Assembly: GCA_964016885.1 (NCBI GenBank) | Contig: OZ024745.1 | Coordinates: forward strand, 20,026,001-20,090,000 | Direction: 5' to 3' | Source of the DNA: Eledone cirrhosa | Taxonomy: Eukaryota | DNA length: 64,000 nt | Shown: positions 11,011-24,330 of the stretch, one piece after another | How positions within the stretch are numbered: the stretch's first letter is position 1 | How the letters are laid out: the number at the start of each line of letters is the position of its first letter | Notes under the pieces: generated by a model | Told to the model about the DNA's origin: nothing | The model's database searches: none | The model's input: the letters and a program-made list of their open reading frames with translations, nothing else | Translations under genes and position numbers: made by a program

Positions 11011-12039
11011 ATGAACAAAAGTAAAATAAACAGGAACTAGTAAAAGTAGATGTAGAATGAGTGGAGAAATAAATAAAGGGGGGGGGGGGTGATTTTAGTG
11101 TGGAAGGGAAAAAAGACTGACATGGGGAAGTTAAGTAAAGATAAATTGCTTGATCTATGCTTTGGAGCAAAAGCCTGCTTAGTTAAAGAGTCTGGTAACA
11201 AGTTTCCAAATTATCTAAACTATAATAAAGTAAGGTCTGCGGGACTGCGTACGGTTTTTTTTTTTTTTATCCCGTTAGTAAAATAAGTTGGATTACTTTG
11301 AATATATGAATATTACATTTATCTACTAAATTTCGTAAAAAAAATAATTTCGTAAAAATAAATAATTTAAAATTGACTTCTTTTCAATGTTGCACTTCCG
11401 GTATATCGTTGCCACCACCACTTCAACTACCATATATATATAGAAAGAGAGTGTGTGATGTCAACACTCCCGGTGGCGATCACTTAAATAAACATACTAA
11501 TTTTCTGTCACTAATTTTCTCCTAATGCAGTTTATATATAATATCGTCTTTTTTTAAAGTATCGTGGATTACGTTACTGATTACATAAGACAATGTAACA
11601 ACGTCTTCGTTCAATTTCTGTTTATATTGTCAATTACGATTTTATTTGATGTATCTTATCTACATGCATATATACTTTGCATATAATATCAATATACACA
11701 CTACATGAAGGGTGGTTTTTCTGCTAGTTTAGTTAATGTTCTCAACATATAAACACCAGACAAAAGAACTTCCCATTACACTGCCAACAAAGAACCTCTT
11801 TTGGGTTGCTCAGCCTGCTAGAAATAGCAGCCAAATCTTTCTCAAACCACATCCTACCATTTTTAAAAAGAAAAAAAAAAGGACATGGTAATGTGGTGTG
11901 GGTACATGGTCTGAAAAATACAATCTTGTCTCTTTAACAGCAAAAAGACCCAATCACTGCCTCTGTTCCTTAGATGACGGGTCCTCTGCCTCCTTCACTC
12001 AGGTTTTCTCAATTCACTACAATAAGATAGTATTGGAAA

Positions 12040-12305
12040 AGATTATAAATGAGAGGAAAAGGGTAAGGATTATTAAGCAATGAAAGAAAGGGTGAAGTGG
12101 AGAGGGTGTCAAGGCTCTACACCTAAGTGTGAGTAGTGGTTAGGCTGTGCCTCACAGACAAAATGGCAAAAGCATTGCTGCAGACAATGGCCAGTGATAC
12201 TGCAACAGCCACCCCACATCACAGAACTCTTTCATCAGCTGGGCTGCTGTCATTTCAATTTTACTGAAGAAGTCAGCTGTATGGGGACTGAGGATGCTAC
12301 TATAC
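12040..12305 (-). mobile_element. Degenerate CRE-like 3' end
   Basis: The reverse complement matches 4775-5010 and 53395-53650 (gtgtagagcc..cctttcttt..ttaat). Confidence 0.5.
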
Positions 12306-12494
12306 TCAGCCCTACATTGCTGACTTTATAGAATTTCCCACCCTTCCTAAGGACTTCTCTGCAGCCATCGATTTACTGCTGTTCAAGAGAAACTTTAATA
12401 AGATAGGCTCCATGAACACCACAGCTACTGCCATTTTTGCCAGAAGAAAAAGAAAAGTTAGCTTTAGACAGTCCTTAGACCAGTCTTATAATGA

Positions 12495-13113
12495 AGGCAT
12501 GTGCTATAATGGTTAGAATTCAAGGCTAATTATTGTAAGGTTGTGAGTTTGATTCAGGGACTGGGTGATGTGTTTGTGTCCTTTGAGCAAGACACTTTAT
12601 TTCATGTTACTTCACAGTACATTCAGTTGGCAAAAATGAGTCATTCCTGTAATTCAAGGCACCAGCTATGTCACACATTGTGTCACACTGAATCTCCCTG
12701 TTAGGAGTGCACATGTTTGTGGAATGCTCAGCCACTTACATGTTAATTTCACAAGCAAGCAATTCCTTTGGTTGAATCCACAGGCACATTTATCATCGGA
12801 AATGACTGAGGTTAAACAGTATGATCAGTTTTAAAGCATGTCCATTACTCAGTCTATGAGTTTGAATCCCATACCTGGCAATGTGTAAGACTATATTTTC
12901 ACATTATTCCTGTTTACTCAGCTGTAGAAATGAGTTGATGTCAGAGGTGTCAAGCTGTATCAGCCTTTCCTTTGAACAATATCAATGGCATGGAGAGGGA
13001 AGTTTGGTATGCTGGTTTTCCACAAAATACAACCTTCCCCAGACTTTGTGCCTCAATGGGGAACTTTGTAGGTGCAAAGCCCATGGTCATTCGTAACCGA
13101 AGGGGGTCTCTAC
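12495..13113 (+). mobile_element. Two adjacent degenerate tRNA-derived SINEs
   Basis: Two B-box-like/middle blocks (gtgagtttgattc..cctttgagcaagacacttt; gagtttgaatccc..ctcagctgtagaaatgag) with different tails. Confidence 0.65.
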
Positions 13114-13449
13114 TGCCCAGATATTCTAGAAAGAATAAAACATGAAGTTTTTATTAAAAAACAAATACAAAATTTAACAAAATAAAAACTCCCAAATCAA
13201 TAAGGTTACTTTCGTAAGTCAAATCATCCAAAATAATTTTTTTTTTACTTGTCATTTTGATTTATCAGAAAATCACATCTTTTTCTGGTGTCTTATGTTG
13301 TTCATATAAACTTGTAATTCTTCATTAGCAATCTAATTGTTATCTATATCTAACATTAAAGCTCTACCTGGAAAATTGGCTTTTTGACAAATAGCTTTCA
13401 TTGAAGCTGGCATTTTTCATCAGGACACAATTGTTATTTACGTTATCTA

Positions 13450-13650
13450 GGGTGGTGGATAGATTGGCAGTATTGGTAGACCATCGAACAACATGCTTCT
13501 GAGATCAAATCTTATTGAGATTAGCTTTGCCTTTCATCCTTTTGGGGTCAATAAAATAAAGTACCAGTAATACACTGGGATTGATTTAATTGACTTGCCC
13601 CTCTCACAAAATTGTTAGCCTTGTGCCTAAATCAGAAACTGTTATTTAGG
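13450..13650 (+). mobile_element. Nin/Deu-domain SINE
   Basis: attggcagtattggtag..gcctttcatccttttggggtcaataaaataaagtaccag..gccttgtgcctaaa. Confidence 0.75.
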
Positions 13651-14007
13651 TTACCTTAGCAAAGCATGTAAGACTTATTCCAATGTTGCTTGCAACTGAA
13701 TTTTTAACTATTGCTTAATATAGTTAATAGCAATGCTATGTTGCACTGCTAGAGACGACCCCTTTGACGGGAATTTACAACAGTTCAGCTGTCTTGCTAA
13801 CATTCTTCACTGCATCTTAATAAAAGGCCAACCAGATGATAGCTAAACATTTTACTTAACATGTTATAAAACATTTTGTTTCTGCTCTCTGAGTCTCTAC
13901 TGCTCCCACCACCACTACTGCTGTTGCTACTACTGTTACTGTTGACACTACCACCACCACTCTTTCATCCATATAGTGTTTCATTCTCAGACACTGCTTC
14001 TTGCTAA

Positions 14008-14200
14008 TCATCATGGTCATCATCATATGTCCAGTTTTCCTTGCATGCATGGGCATCTCCAGCACAATATTTTGCTACTTCTGTGGTCTTTTTTCATCTC
14101 CTCTGTGAGGTCCAGTTTCCTAAGATCAGCTTCCAACATTTCTTCCCATAGCCTCTTTGGTTTCCATTTTGGCACAAGGTTCTACATTTGTAAGAAATAG
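14008..14200 (-). mobile_element. RTE 3' end fragment
   Basis: Minus strand reads PKRLWEEMLEADLRKLDLTEEM, followed by ccatgcatgcaaggaaaactggac and (atg)n. Confidence 0.6.
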
Positions 14201-14867
14201 GAGAGAGTATAGTTTGTTGCACAGTGAAAGGCAAAGTCAAATATTTTATATCAAAGCGCATCTCCCTCATTGTTCTCCGAAGCTGAGACCACACGGCAAC
14301 CAACATATTAAGGTAGGAGTAGAGTGGCAGTCTTCAAACGAAAGGGATAGTTGTTGACTTGGTTACTCATGCTTCCTCTATCTATTCTAAAATAGAGTTG
14401 ATGTTATTATGCTTCAAAGTATCATACACGTCAGACAGTCGCCACAATTTCTACTTAGTTGACCCTTTTAATCAGTATTTTGTGCTGCCTTTAATTGCCA
14501 AATTTGCACCAATAGTTATTGTTTATAATATAACAATGGAAATTTTCAACACTATTTGCTGGAAAGCTTGAACAAACAATAGAAACCAGGTTCTATGTAT
14601 GTTATTTATAAGAAATTACTCTTAGGTATTCAGTAAAGAAGATTCTTGTAGTTAATTAACTTTTTTTAAAAACTGTTTTGTAATAAAGATAATAAATAAT
14701 AAGTAAAATGAGGAGTAAAAACAAAATAAAATATGCAGAAATAACTAAAATCCATTATCTGAATGTTGAAATTGACTGAATATAACCTACCAGGTAGAGT
14801 TTGAGGTCTTGTATAAATACATAACTATTATATAATTATAATATGTATGGAGCCATAACTTCATGAC

Positions 14868-15010
14868 TGGTAACTTGACTGGTACTTTTTTTATTGACCT
14901 CGAATGAAAGGCAAAGTTGACCTCAGCGGGATTTGAACACAGAGTACAGAGAGCCAAAGCAAATACTGCAATGCATTCTCTCCAACGTTCTAACAACATT
15001 GCCCACCGCC
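14868..15010 (-). mobile_element. Nin/Deu-domain SINE fragment
   Basis: ctggtac..tgaaaggcaaagttgacctcagcgggatttgaac on + strand. Confidence 0.7.
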
Positions 15011-15657
15011 CTCTAGTATGCAACCGTTATATAGTTATGATGTAAATATGATGTAAAAAATCATCTATATATTTTCTTTGAAATCCTTTTTATTTTTGGA
15101 ATTCTCTAAATGGATTGTTATTATAGTTATAAAATTGGAGCCATTCCTTTGCTGAAGAATTCTCCTATCATCATTGTTAGAAAATGCATAAATTATGTTG
15201 GAGGAAAAAAATTTAAATATTTTCATCGAACTTTTAAAATTTGCATTAGTGTTCAGTGAGTTAAAAGAAAAATACTCTTTAAAAGAACTATTTTCCTGTT
15301 AGATTTCCTTGTAGTAAAGAATAATCTTTGTTACACTTCCTTGTATTAAAGGCTTACCTAGCAACAATGGAAATGAAGACACAGGCAGCAGGCTTAATAT
15401 GTTAGCTAATCACAATAACTGAGAAACATATGTAAGAAAACAATTGTAGATTTATAGATTGACAGACATAATAAAGGAATGTAAAGTGAAATTGTACCTA
15501 GGAAGGGAAAGTAGAATACAAACTTTAAAATATACTCATAGTATTTGGAGGGAGGGGGATGGCAAGCTGAGTGCTACGTGTGAAATATATCCATAGCTAA
15601 CATTGGTTTGATCATAATTGCATAGTGTATGTCTGGTTAATAAGCATTATATAACAG

Positions 15658-15826
15658 AAGGTGGTGGATTGGCAGTATCGGTAGAGAGTCAGACACCATG
15701 CTTTGAAGCATAGAGTTACGTCCCTTTATGATCTGAGTTCAAATCCCGCCGAGGTTAATTTGCCTTTCATCCTTACGGGGTCGATAAAATAAAGTACCAG
15801 TAATGTACTGGGTAATTGCTGGCCTT
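15658..15826 (+). mobile_element. Nin/Deu-domain SINE whose tail runs directly into the 36-bp array
   Basis: Intact head and Nin-like domain; ends at gctggccttg, where the array begins. Confidence 0.8.
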
Positions 15827-17336
15827 GTTGTTTAGACCTTGAAATAGAGGGTCTTATGTCTTGTTGTTTAGACCTTGCAATAGAGGGTCCCATATGTCTT
15901 GTTGTTTAGACCTTGAAATAGAGGGTCTTATGTCTTGTTGGAATACATGTGTTGGTGGTTATTTATATCTATTGGATAGTATGTTTGTGTTTGTCAGTAA
16001 ATGATAAAAGAAAATAACTGATATTAGTACAAAGTTAAAAACAAGTATGAACTTCAACTCCGAAAGACATGTTATGTCAGTACAGATTGATAAAGAAAGA
16101 AACTGTATTGATATTAGTATTGAGGTAGACATGGAGAACTGTTTAGACCTTGAAATAGAGGGTCTTATGTCTTGTTGTTTAGACCTTGCAATAGAGGGTC
16201 TTATGTCTTGTTGTTTAGACCTTGCAATAGAGGGTCTTATGTCTTGTTGTTTAGACCTTGCAATAGAGGGTCTTATGTCTTGTTGTTTAGACCTTGCAAT
16301 AGAGGGTCTTATGTCTTGTTGTTTAGACCTTGAAATAGAGGGTCCCATATGTCTTGTTGTTTAGACCTTGAAATAGAGGGTCTTATGTCTTGTTGTTTAG
16401 ACCTTGCAATAGACGGTCTTATGTCTTGTTGTTTAGACCTTGCAATAGAGGGTCCCATATGTCTTGTTGTTTAGACCTTGAAATAGAGGGTCTTATGTCT
16501 TGTTGTTTAGACCTTGAAATAGAGGGTCTTATGTCTTGTTGTTTAGACCTTGAAATAGAGGGTCTTATGTCTTGTTGTTTCGACCTTGCAATAGAGGGTC
16601 TTATGTCTTGTTGTTTAGACCTTGCAATAGAGGGTCTTATGTCTTGTTGTTTAGACCTTGAAATAGAGGGTCCCATATGTCTTGTTGTTTAGACCTTGCA
16701 ATAGAGGGTCTTATGTCTTGTTGTTTAGACCTTGAAATAGAGGGTCTTATGTCTTGTTGTTTAGACCTTGCAATAGACGGTCTTATGTCTTGTTGTTTAG
16801 ACCTTGAAATAGAGGGTCTTATGTCTTGTTGTTTAGACCTTACAATAGGGGGTCTTATGTCTTGTTGTTTAGACCTTGAAATAGAGGGTCTTATGTCTTG
16901 TTGTTTAGACCTTGCAATAGAGGGTCTTATGTCTTGTTGTTTAGACCTTGCAATAGAGGGTCTTATGTCTTGTTGTTTAGACCTTGAAATAGAGGGTCTT
17001 ATGTCTTGTTGTTTAGACCTTGCAATAGAGGGTCTTATGTCTTGTTGTTTAGACCTGGAAATAGAGGGTCTTATGTCTTGTTGTTTAGACCTTGCAATAG
17101 AGGGTCTTATATCTTGTTGTTTAGACCTTGCAATAGAGGGTCTTATGTCTTGTTGTTTAGACCTTGCAATAGAGGGTCTTATGTCTTGTTGTTTAGACCT
17201 TGCAATAGAGGGTCTTATGTCTTGTTGTTTAGACCTTGAAATAGAGGGTCCCATATGTCTTGTTGTTTAGACCTTGAAATAGAGGGTCTTATGTCTTGTT
17301 GTTTAGACCTTGAAATAGAGGGTCTTATGTCTTGTT
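15824..17336. repeat. 36-bp minisatellite (37-bp variants) in two blocks separated by a 200-bp spacer
   Basis: Unit tgtttagaccttg(a/c)aatagagggtcttatgtcttgt; ~3 copies at 15824-15940 and ~33 at 16140-17336. Confidence 0.95.
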
Positions 17337-17539
17337 GGAATACATGTGTTGGTGGTTATTTATATCTATTGGATAGTATGTTTGTATTTGTCAGTAAATG
17401 AGAAAAGAAAATAACTGATATTAGTACAAAGTTAAAAACAAGTATGAACTTCAACTCCGAAAGACATGTTATGTCAGTACAGATTGATAAAGAAAGAAAC
17501 TGTATTGATATTAGTAATGAGGTAGACATGGAGAACTGT
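15940..17539. repeat. Direct duplication of a ~200-bp unique block (15940-16142 and 17337-17539)
   Basis: ggaatacatgtgttggtgg...gacatggagaactgt is present twice, 1397 bp apart, with few mismatches. Confidence 0.92.
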
Positions 17540-17989
17540 GTACTTTTATAGATATCTTTATATTTTAACCAAAATAATTTCTCTAAAGAAGTAGGAAAGA
17601 TATGTAAGTACAATGAATTGAATGCATGATTAAAATAAATAGGATGCTAGCAAAGTGCAGATAGTACTAATAATTAGTGCTCTGCTTTACATTAGAAATG
17701 ATAATACTGCAAATACTCCAGTGTTAGCAATCATTCTAAGCTGAACAGCAACATTCATACAATTACAAATTTATACATCTATATCAGAAATAAACTAAAT
17801 CTGTTTGAAAACTATCTACAGAAAATACACCCTCTTCTTACTCGCGAAATTAGTTGCAAACCAATATAAAAATATATCATAATGAAGTGCACACCTGAAA
17901 AGCATTGTTTATAATTGGTATCACTGCGATCATGTGAAAGGATTTTAATTTTTTGTTTTAATTTTTATCATCATTATCATCATCAATAC

Positions 17990-18185
17990 ATTCTGAGTTC
18001 AAATCCTGCTCAGATCAACTTTTCCTTTCTTCCATTTGGGGTTGATAAAGTACCAGTGAAGTGCTGGGGTCAATTTAATTGACTTTCCCCTTCCCTCCAA
18101 ATTACTTGCTTTGTGTCTAAATTGAAACCATTAAATGCACTGGGTAATTGCTGGTCTTGTGCCTAAAGTAGAAACAATTATTATT
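17990..18185 (+). mobile_element. Nin/Deu-domain SINE, 5'-truncated
   Basis: ttctgagttcaaatcctgc..ggggttgataaagtaccag..ctggtcttgtgcctaaagtagaaac. Confidence 0.7.
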
Positions 18186-18415
18186 TTTATCAGTATTTTG
18201 TGCCCATTAAATTTTCCCCCTTTTCATACAGTCTTCAGCATTCTTTGTTTTATTTCTCATCTCTGTTCGAATGACAAGAGAAATCCATTAATGGGAAATC
18301 TGGCTGGTACCTCCTGGCTTGGAGCAGGCGGGAGGCAACCTGTTCCCACTTTACTTTGTTTCTGTCACTAGTTAGGTCAAATCCAACATGGAGTTGATTA
18401 AGACATTTCCATATA

Positions 18416-18611
18416 TGAGGGTCAGCTGAAAAGTTCATAAGCTGACCAAGATATTCTCATGGAATAACCAAATGAGGTTTATTTTTCAACATAGTCCCTG
18501 GAAAGAAACAATGCAGTTATTAATAAGAAGAGTTGAAACAATTCATACAAGATTTCACAGCACTAGCATCACTCCTTCATAGTCAGCTTACAAACTTTTC
18601 AGCCCACCTTT
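18416..18611. mobile_element. Mariner-type MITE, family M1
   Basis: TA-TGAGGGTCAGCTGAAAAGTTCATA...; internal match to 2692-2889. Confidence 0.85.
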
Positions 18612-19057
18612 CTAGATTCAGATCCATTTTGACAAATTGGAACTAGCAGATTATATGTGGATTGATTCTTTGGGAAAATTTACAGGAACAATGGATGTTA
18701 TGGTATATTTTCTTCAGTTCAATCTTATTTATATTTATTGATACCTATATAACAATTATCTACCTTTCACCAAACAGCTGGTTCTGTCTTCTAAAAGGTC
18801 TGACTATTATTAAACCCAGTTGATATTAGTTTGCTTGTGTTATCTAAGTGCCCTCCCCCCTCCATTTCAGTTGACACTGAATGTTATCTTTTTTATGACT
18901 AAAAAACAAACAAAACAAATCACCTTATCTATTATAGGAGGCAGACAATTCATGGATAAAGTACATAACTACAGCAGCCATATTTTATATGACCTTCACA
19001 AATACAAAACTATGTCATCATATGTATGTATGTATGTATGTGTATATGTATGTATAT

Positions 19058-19217
19058 ACCACACTGTAAATGTGGTTGGTGTTAGGAAGGGCATCCAACT
19101 GTAGAAAACCTGCCAGACAGTCCTATGCGAGCAAGACAATCACTCTTGCCTCAAGTGGGAAAACTCCCGTCCAAACCCATGCAAGCGTGGAACACGGACG
19201 TTAAACGTTGATGATGA
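19058..19217 (+). mobile_element. Young RTE 3' tail copy in a TA-rich microsatellite
   Basis: Nearly identical to 1964-2120. Confidence 0.85.
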
Positions 19218-20399
19218 TATATATATATATATATATAATCAGGATGGATTCAGTTAGAAAGTGGTTAGAGCATTACTCAACAGATTACTTGGTGTATGGT
19301 TATATTATAAAGAGTCAGGACCCCGACGGCTGAGCTCTTGCTGTTTTAGCAGCTAGTTCCAGTCTAGAACTGGCTGTTGAAATGGTCCTGCCCCGTCACC
19401 TTGATTGTACCCTGAGCTGATTGATATTGAAACAATTGTAATATTCTTTAAATAAATAAATATATATAAGAGTTGAAGTCAGTGTTGCAGCATATGTACT
19501 AACTTTATTTGTACACTGTTTTAAAAACTTATTTTTTTACTGTATTATTTTTCTTTTTTCACACTAATTATTTTGCATTGAATTAGTATTTAAAATTCAA
19601 TATTGAAGTTTTACTTTTGTACCAGTGAATAGTTACTGCTTTTAATTAATATTAATTTTATAATAAATTCAACAATTTGTCTTTAAATATCTGTAAAAGA
19701 TATTAAAAAACAACACAAATTGAAACTATTCAAGTTTGACTTTAGTTATGTTTACCACAGTATTTTCAAATGACTATTTTGGTATCTCTCCAATTACATA
19801 ACAATAAACAATAAATTGTAGTATGATACATTTATACTTCTTAAACACTCATGCATTATTATAGTGAAAAATCTAAATATATAATGCAGTAATTTTTCTG
19901 ATAGTCATGAGGGTGGAGGTAGCTTTAGTTGTGATTATGCCAGCAGAAATAACCTGTTCTGAACACTTTCATATAATGCACATGTAATACAGCCACATTA
20001 CAAAATGGTACAATTTTAGCTGGTTGTGCATTTGTACTTTTATTATCTATTTTTAATCTTCTTTTATTGTTTAATACATCATTAAAATATTGAAGAACTT
20101 CATAAACTACTTCCTGACTTTGTTCATTTTACGACAGCTACATTTCAGCATTAATGATATTTTAGGACGGTTTTCTTTCTAATTTATTTTTTAAAATAGT
20201 AGCTTATTACTGTATATACTTGAATATAAGCCGAGGAATATGTGACCAAAAAGAGCGATGGTAAAAATGAGAGGTTGGTTTATACATGTCATCTAAACAA
20301 TGTGTTGATTAGCTGCCTTGGTTTATAAATGGTGAACAGAAACATTTCACTGGTTCTGTATTTTAACCCATTCATATTTAAAAAAAAAAATCAGTGAAA

Positions 20400-21060
20400 T
20401 TCGATTGATCAGCAAAACTTGGCCTTCAGGTGAGCAGGGCAAAGACCAAGCTGATGCACGTCGGCGATAGCCCGAATCCTTCCCTGTTTCATATTGGTTC
20501 TGACGTCATGAAGTTTGTCGGCTCCTTCTTTTACTTGGGATTGACAGTCACCAACAATGGACTCTGAAGATCAACCACAGATGTGGTCTGGCCGCCTGAA
20601 TCATGCGCAACCTATGGAAGCCGCTTTGACGCCATTGCGCTATCTTCTGGAAGATGAAGTTCCCTATCTACAATGTGTCGGTCCTTTCCATTCTCTTCTG
20701 TGGAGCAGAAATGTGGCCCCTCACAAAGACCCAGGTAAAGAGGATCGATGGCTTTGATAATAGAGTCCTGAGGACCATCGAGAACATAGATGGTGCCACC
20801 ACGTTTCCAACAAAGAGTTGCATGCACGCATGCATCAGCTTGCAGCCTCCTGCCTCCCACCAGATCATCCTACTAGGGCCTTACTCTGGTTCAACACAGC
20901 AGTTACAGACTGGAAGAGGCCTCATGGCAGGCTGTACACCAGATGGCTGGAATGTGATTAAGGAAGATCTGTAGAGGGGCTGGCATGGGACTGTTAGTGA
21001 TGGAGGGCACTGGTGGACCTCTATGCATGATGATGCCTCTAGGATTGCTGACATAGGATG
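20400..21060 (+). mobile_element. Frameshifted RTE-like LINE fragment
   Basis: Peptides KLGLQVSRAKTKLM, FFYLG and YNVSVLSILFCGAEMWPLTKTQVKRIDGFDNRVLRTI. Confidence 0.7.
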
Positions 21061-21557
21061 ACTCCAGTCCCATTGAGAAAGAGCAAAGAAGTGAAATTTG
21101 AGGCAAATTATCTGAAGACAACTTTTTTATATTCTAGACAAGATCATCTACAGAAAAAAAAACAAACAAATTCTCTGTGGTATTTTTCTTGGAATGGTTT
21201 CTATGTGAAACACTTAGTGTTTGATTTTCTTAAATGCAAAGATTTATTAGGCTATTATTACCGGGATATCATAGCAAGAGTCACTGGAATTGACAAGGAT
21301 GACCTACAAATCTTAATGGGAAACAGAGACTATTGGCACAAAGTTGTACTTGTCTCACCTAAGGGTGATGGATAAGATATAGGCTTATATAAATTAGGTA
21401 TTTTAATTTTATGTCAACTTATTTTGTTGAGAATTATTAAAAATGTTTCTTTTTGCTTTGTTTTTAGAATGTTTTTTACCTTAGCATATTTTAAAAACAG
21501 TATTTTTGTCTTCCATATTTTTCTAATTGAAATCTTTCTTTTTTTTCTTTTTTGTAG

Positions 21558-21706
21558 AAGGCATACCTCAAGTGTATTATTTTGGCCCTTGTGGAAGGTA
21601 CAATGCCCTTGTATTGGAGTTACTTGGGCCAAGTTTAGAGGACTTATTTGATATGTGTGACCGGCGATTCACTTTAAAAACAGTCCTTATGATTGGTATA
21701 CAGCTC
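21558..21706 (+). CDS. CSNK1G: Casein kinase I gamma, internal coding exon (hinge region of the kinase domain)
   Basis: Polypyrimidine tract + TAG acceptor and GTAAGT donor (phase 0). Encodes [49 protein letters not shown], with the CK1 [10 protein letters not shown] motif and the gamma-type YYFGPCG. Not assigned to a vertebrate paralog. Confidence 0.96.
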
Positions 21707-22082
21707 GTAAGTATTATATAGTAATGTATACATATTATGTTGAATAGATGGATGACATCATTGCAAATGAGTAAAAATATGGAAATTTCTACAATACTAC
21801 CTTCTATTCTACTCTTTTACTCTTTTACCTGTTCCAGCCATCCGGCTGAGGCCATGCTGGGGCACCACCCTTATTCTATCTATTTATCCAAACCTACTTA
21901 GTTACCTAAGGTCATTTTGGTGAAATTTGGAGTATTTTATAATGTTAAAGCAAATGTTTTTTTCCTAGGCCATCAGCCTAATATGTCATGAGGGGGGGGG
22001 GGGGGGGGCTATAATGTTGCTATCACTAGTATTGTACACTTGCCTTAATGAATCTAATTGAATATATCACATATATTTCATA

Positions 22083-22570
22083 CTGTACTTGACGGCTTAT
22101 ACACCCATTGCCCTCCGTCCCAGAAAATCATTCTTTATCTTATAAGGTCATGGGTCAGTTTGGGTTACTAGCTAGTAGAGTTCTAGTGCTGCAGTGGCCC
22201 TTAAATTAAACCACAAACATCTCTGCAACTGTAAAGAAGGTGGTGATCACTTCTACACCAACAACAGCAACTCTTTTCTAAGGTAACAATGTATAACTGT
22301 AGTACTTAGCAGTACTTCATATAAAATAACATTAGTCAGGAAGAAAATTAAGTGATGACGCTTAACTATGCACGTTTAGTGACATCAAATGTTTATTTTC
22401 ACACTTCCTTATGTTTTAAAAATGTATTAAAATATTACAACTAGAATTATGATGTAGAATGATAATAAAAAATATGCTGTAGAAACTTTATATAAAAATA
22501 TGATGTAGAAACTTATTTATTTTTAATGCCAGCCCAAATTGAGGTGCATCTTATAAGCCGTCAAATACAG
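22083..22570. mobile_element. ~490-bp non-autonomous DNA transposon (Tc1/mariner/pogo-like)
   Basis: 19-bp TIRs CTGTACTTGACGGCTTATA / TATAAGCCGTCAAATACAG (1 mismatch); TA on the left side. Confidence 0.7.
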
Positions 22571-24109
22571 GATATGTTTTAATCGAGGTTTTGAATTGGC
22601 ACTTGACATACAGTAATGATTGAGCAGTAAATATCTAAAATCGGGTTTGTTAATTCAAATGTTTACAGTATCTTTACTAGTGGACAGATTGTTGTGAAAA
22701 TTTGCAGTATTAAAGTAGACTTTATTTTTTGTGATACATCCATAGTGCTGTTTTATACTTTTCAAAAATGTTTTACTAATGTGGTTTCATGAGGTACAGG
22801 TCTTTAAGAAGTAAAGTTTGCTGATTAGTTTTACATATGTTCCTCCTTGTTAACTTGTTTGAATTGATTGCTCTGGTGCAGACATGATTGTGTGGTTAAA
22901 AGGTTCATTTTGTAACCACATCATTCCAAGTTTGATCTCATTGCATGTCACTTTGGGCAAGTGTCTTCCACTATAGCAAGGGTTCCCAACCGTTTGTGCA
23001 TCATAACCTACTTTTACATGGAAAACTTTTCCACCACCCCTTGTATAGCAAACATTCAAAAACATACCAAAAATGTTTGGTAAAAGTTTGTTACTGGTTT
23101 ATTTTCATTTAGCTTCCAGTTTTTTTGTTTTTTTTAATGATGTAAATATCATTGTCATCATCATTAACATCTACTTTCTATACCTGCATTGGTTTGACAG
23201 GTTGCCACGTTATGAGTCTAGACAGGCCAGGTGGCCATGTCTTGTTCACACAATGTCATATGAATAAGGTCTAGTATGTTTAATACACTATAAATACAGT
23301 TTCTTAAAGTTTCTATGTGAAAACTTCATATCTGGATTTATTATAATCACCGCTACTATTAATTTTACATTTTCTTACATATTTACCTATTTACCTCCTT
23401 TTTATCAATTTTTTTTTTATTCACATATTTAAAAAAAAAAAAAGAAGAAAAGAAAACCTAGTCTTTCTGATTACAACGGATTTGTTCAACACTTGACAGG
23501 TTTAGTCTCTTTACATTAAATAATTCATATTCTGCTTGTGACAGTTTTATATTGCATAATAATTGGAACGAATCTGCTCATACTAATCATGTTTTATTCC
23601 AGATGTTGCAAATTCTCTTAGATTACTTACTCATATTTCATTGTAATATATAGCAACAGGTTGTTTTTTTTTATATTGTATAATGTCAGTCTTTTTACTG
23701 CAGAATGATGTGCTTTGTACTTCATGTAAAGAGAGATGTTCTTTGGCATGTACTCTGAACACAAACCACTTTGTCATTATTTCATACTCTATATCTGGGA
23801 CTGATTAAATCATCAAGATAAATAAAACAAACAAATGAAGGATAAATCTACTGCTTTTAATGAGTCGTTGGTAGTGTCAATGATTTTGCACTTTGAACAA
23901 CTGAAGTGCAGTTGCACTGATAATAATACCACAGTGAGTAAAGCTTCTATGTGTTCACTGCAGTAATAACCACTTAGAGAAAAAGAGAATGTGTGTGAAA
24001 TGTCTGTATGGACCAAATATTGGGCTATAAGCTCATAAGAGGTCATGAATTCAAATAAACTGCAAGTATTTTATGTTTATGAGCAAGGTACTTTATTTTT
24101 TGTAAAGTA

Positions 24110-24330
24110 AAAAAAAACCTTTGAGGTTTGCACCTAAAAAGCTTTTTTCCAAGGCATAAGTCAGGGCGAGGTTGTTTGTGGAAGACCAGCATATCAGTCT
24201 CCCCCTCTTCATGCCACCGAAGACAAAGGCTAATACAGCTTGGCACCAGTGACTTTGCAACTCATTTCTACAGCTGAATGAACTGGAGCAATGGGAAATA
24301 AAGTGTCTTGCTCAAGAACACAATGCATCA
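24110..24330 (-). mobile_element. SINE body and tail fragment
   Basis: ctcatttctacagctgaatgaactggagcaatgggaaataaagtgtcttgctcaag is the reverse complement of the SINE middle domain. Confidence 0.65.

Noticed and set aside
15959-17270. Cys-rich (SCCLDLAIEGLM)n ORFs and their antisense ORFs
   Set aside because: 36-bp array; 37-bp variants shift the frame repeatedly.
15824-17336. CRISPR-like appearance of 27-48-bp repeats
   Set aside because: Units are contiguous with no unique spacers, there are no cas genes, and the context is a eukaryotic intron.
19293-19491. Possible solo LTR (TG...CA, TATA-like, AATAAA)
   Set aside because: No target-site duplication, second copy or internal domain visible; a similar weak case lies at ~40050-40352.
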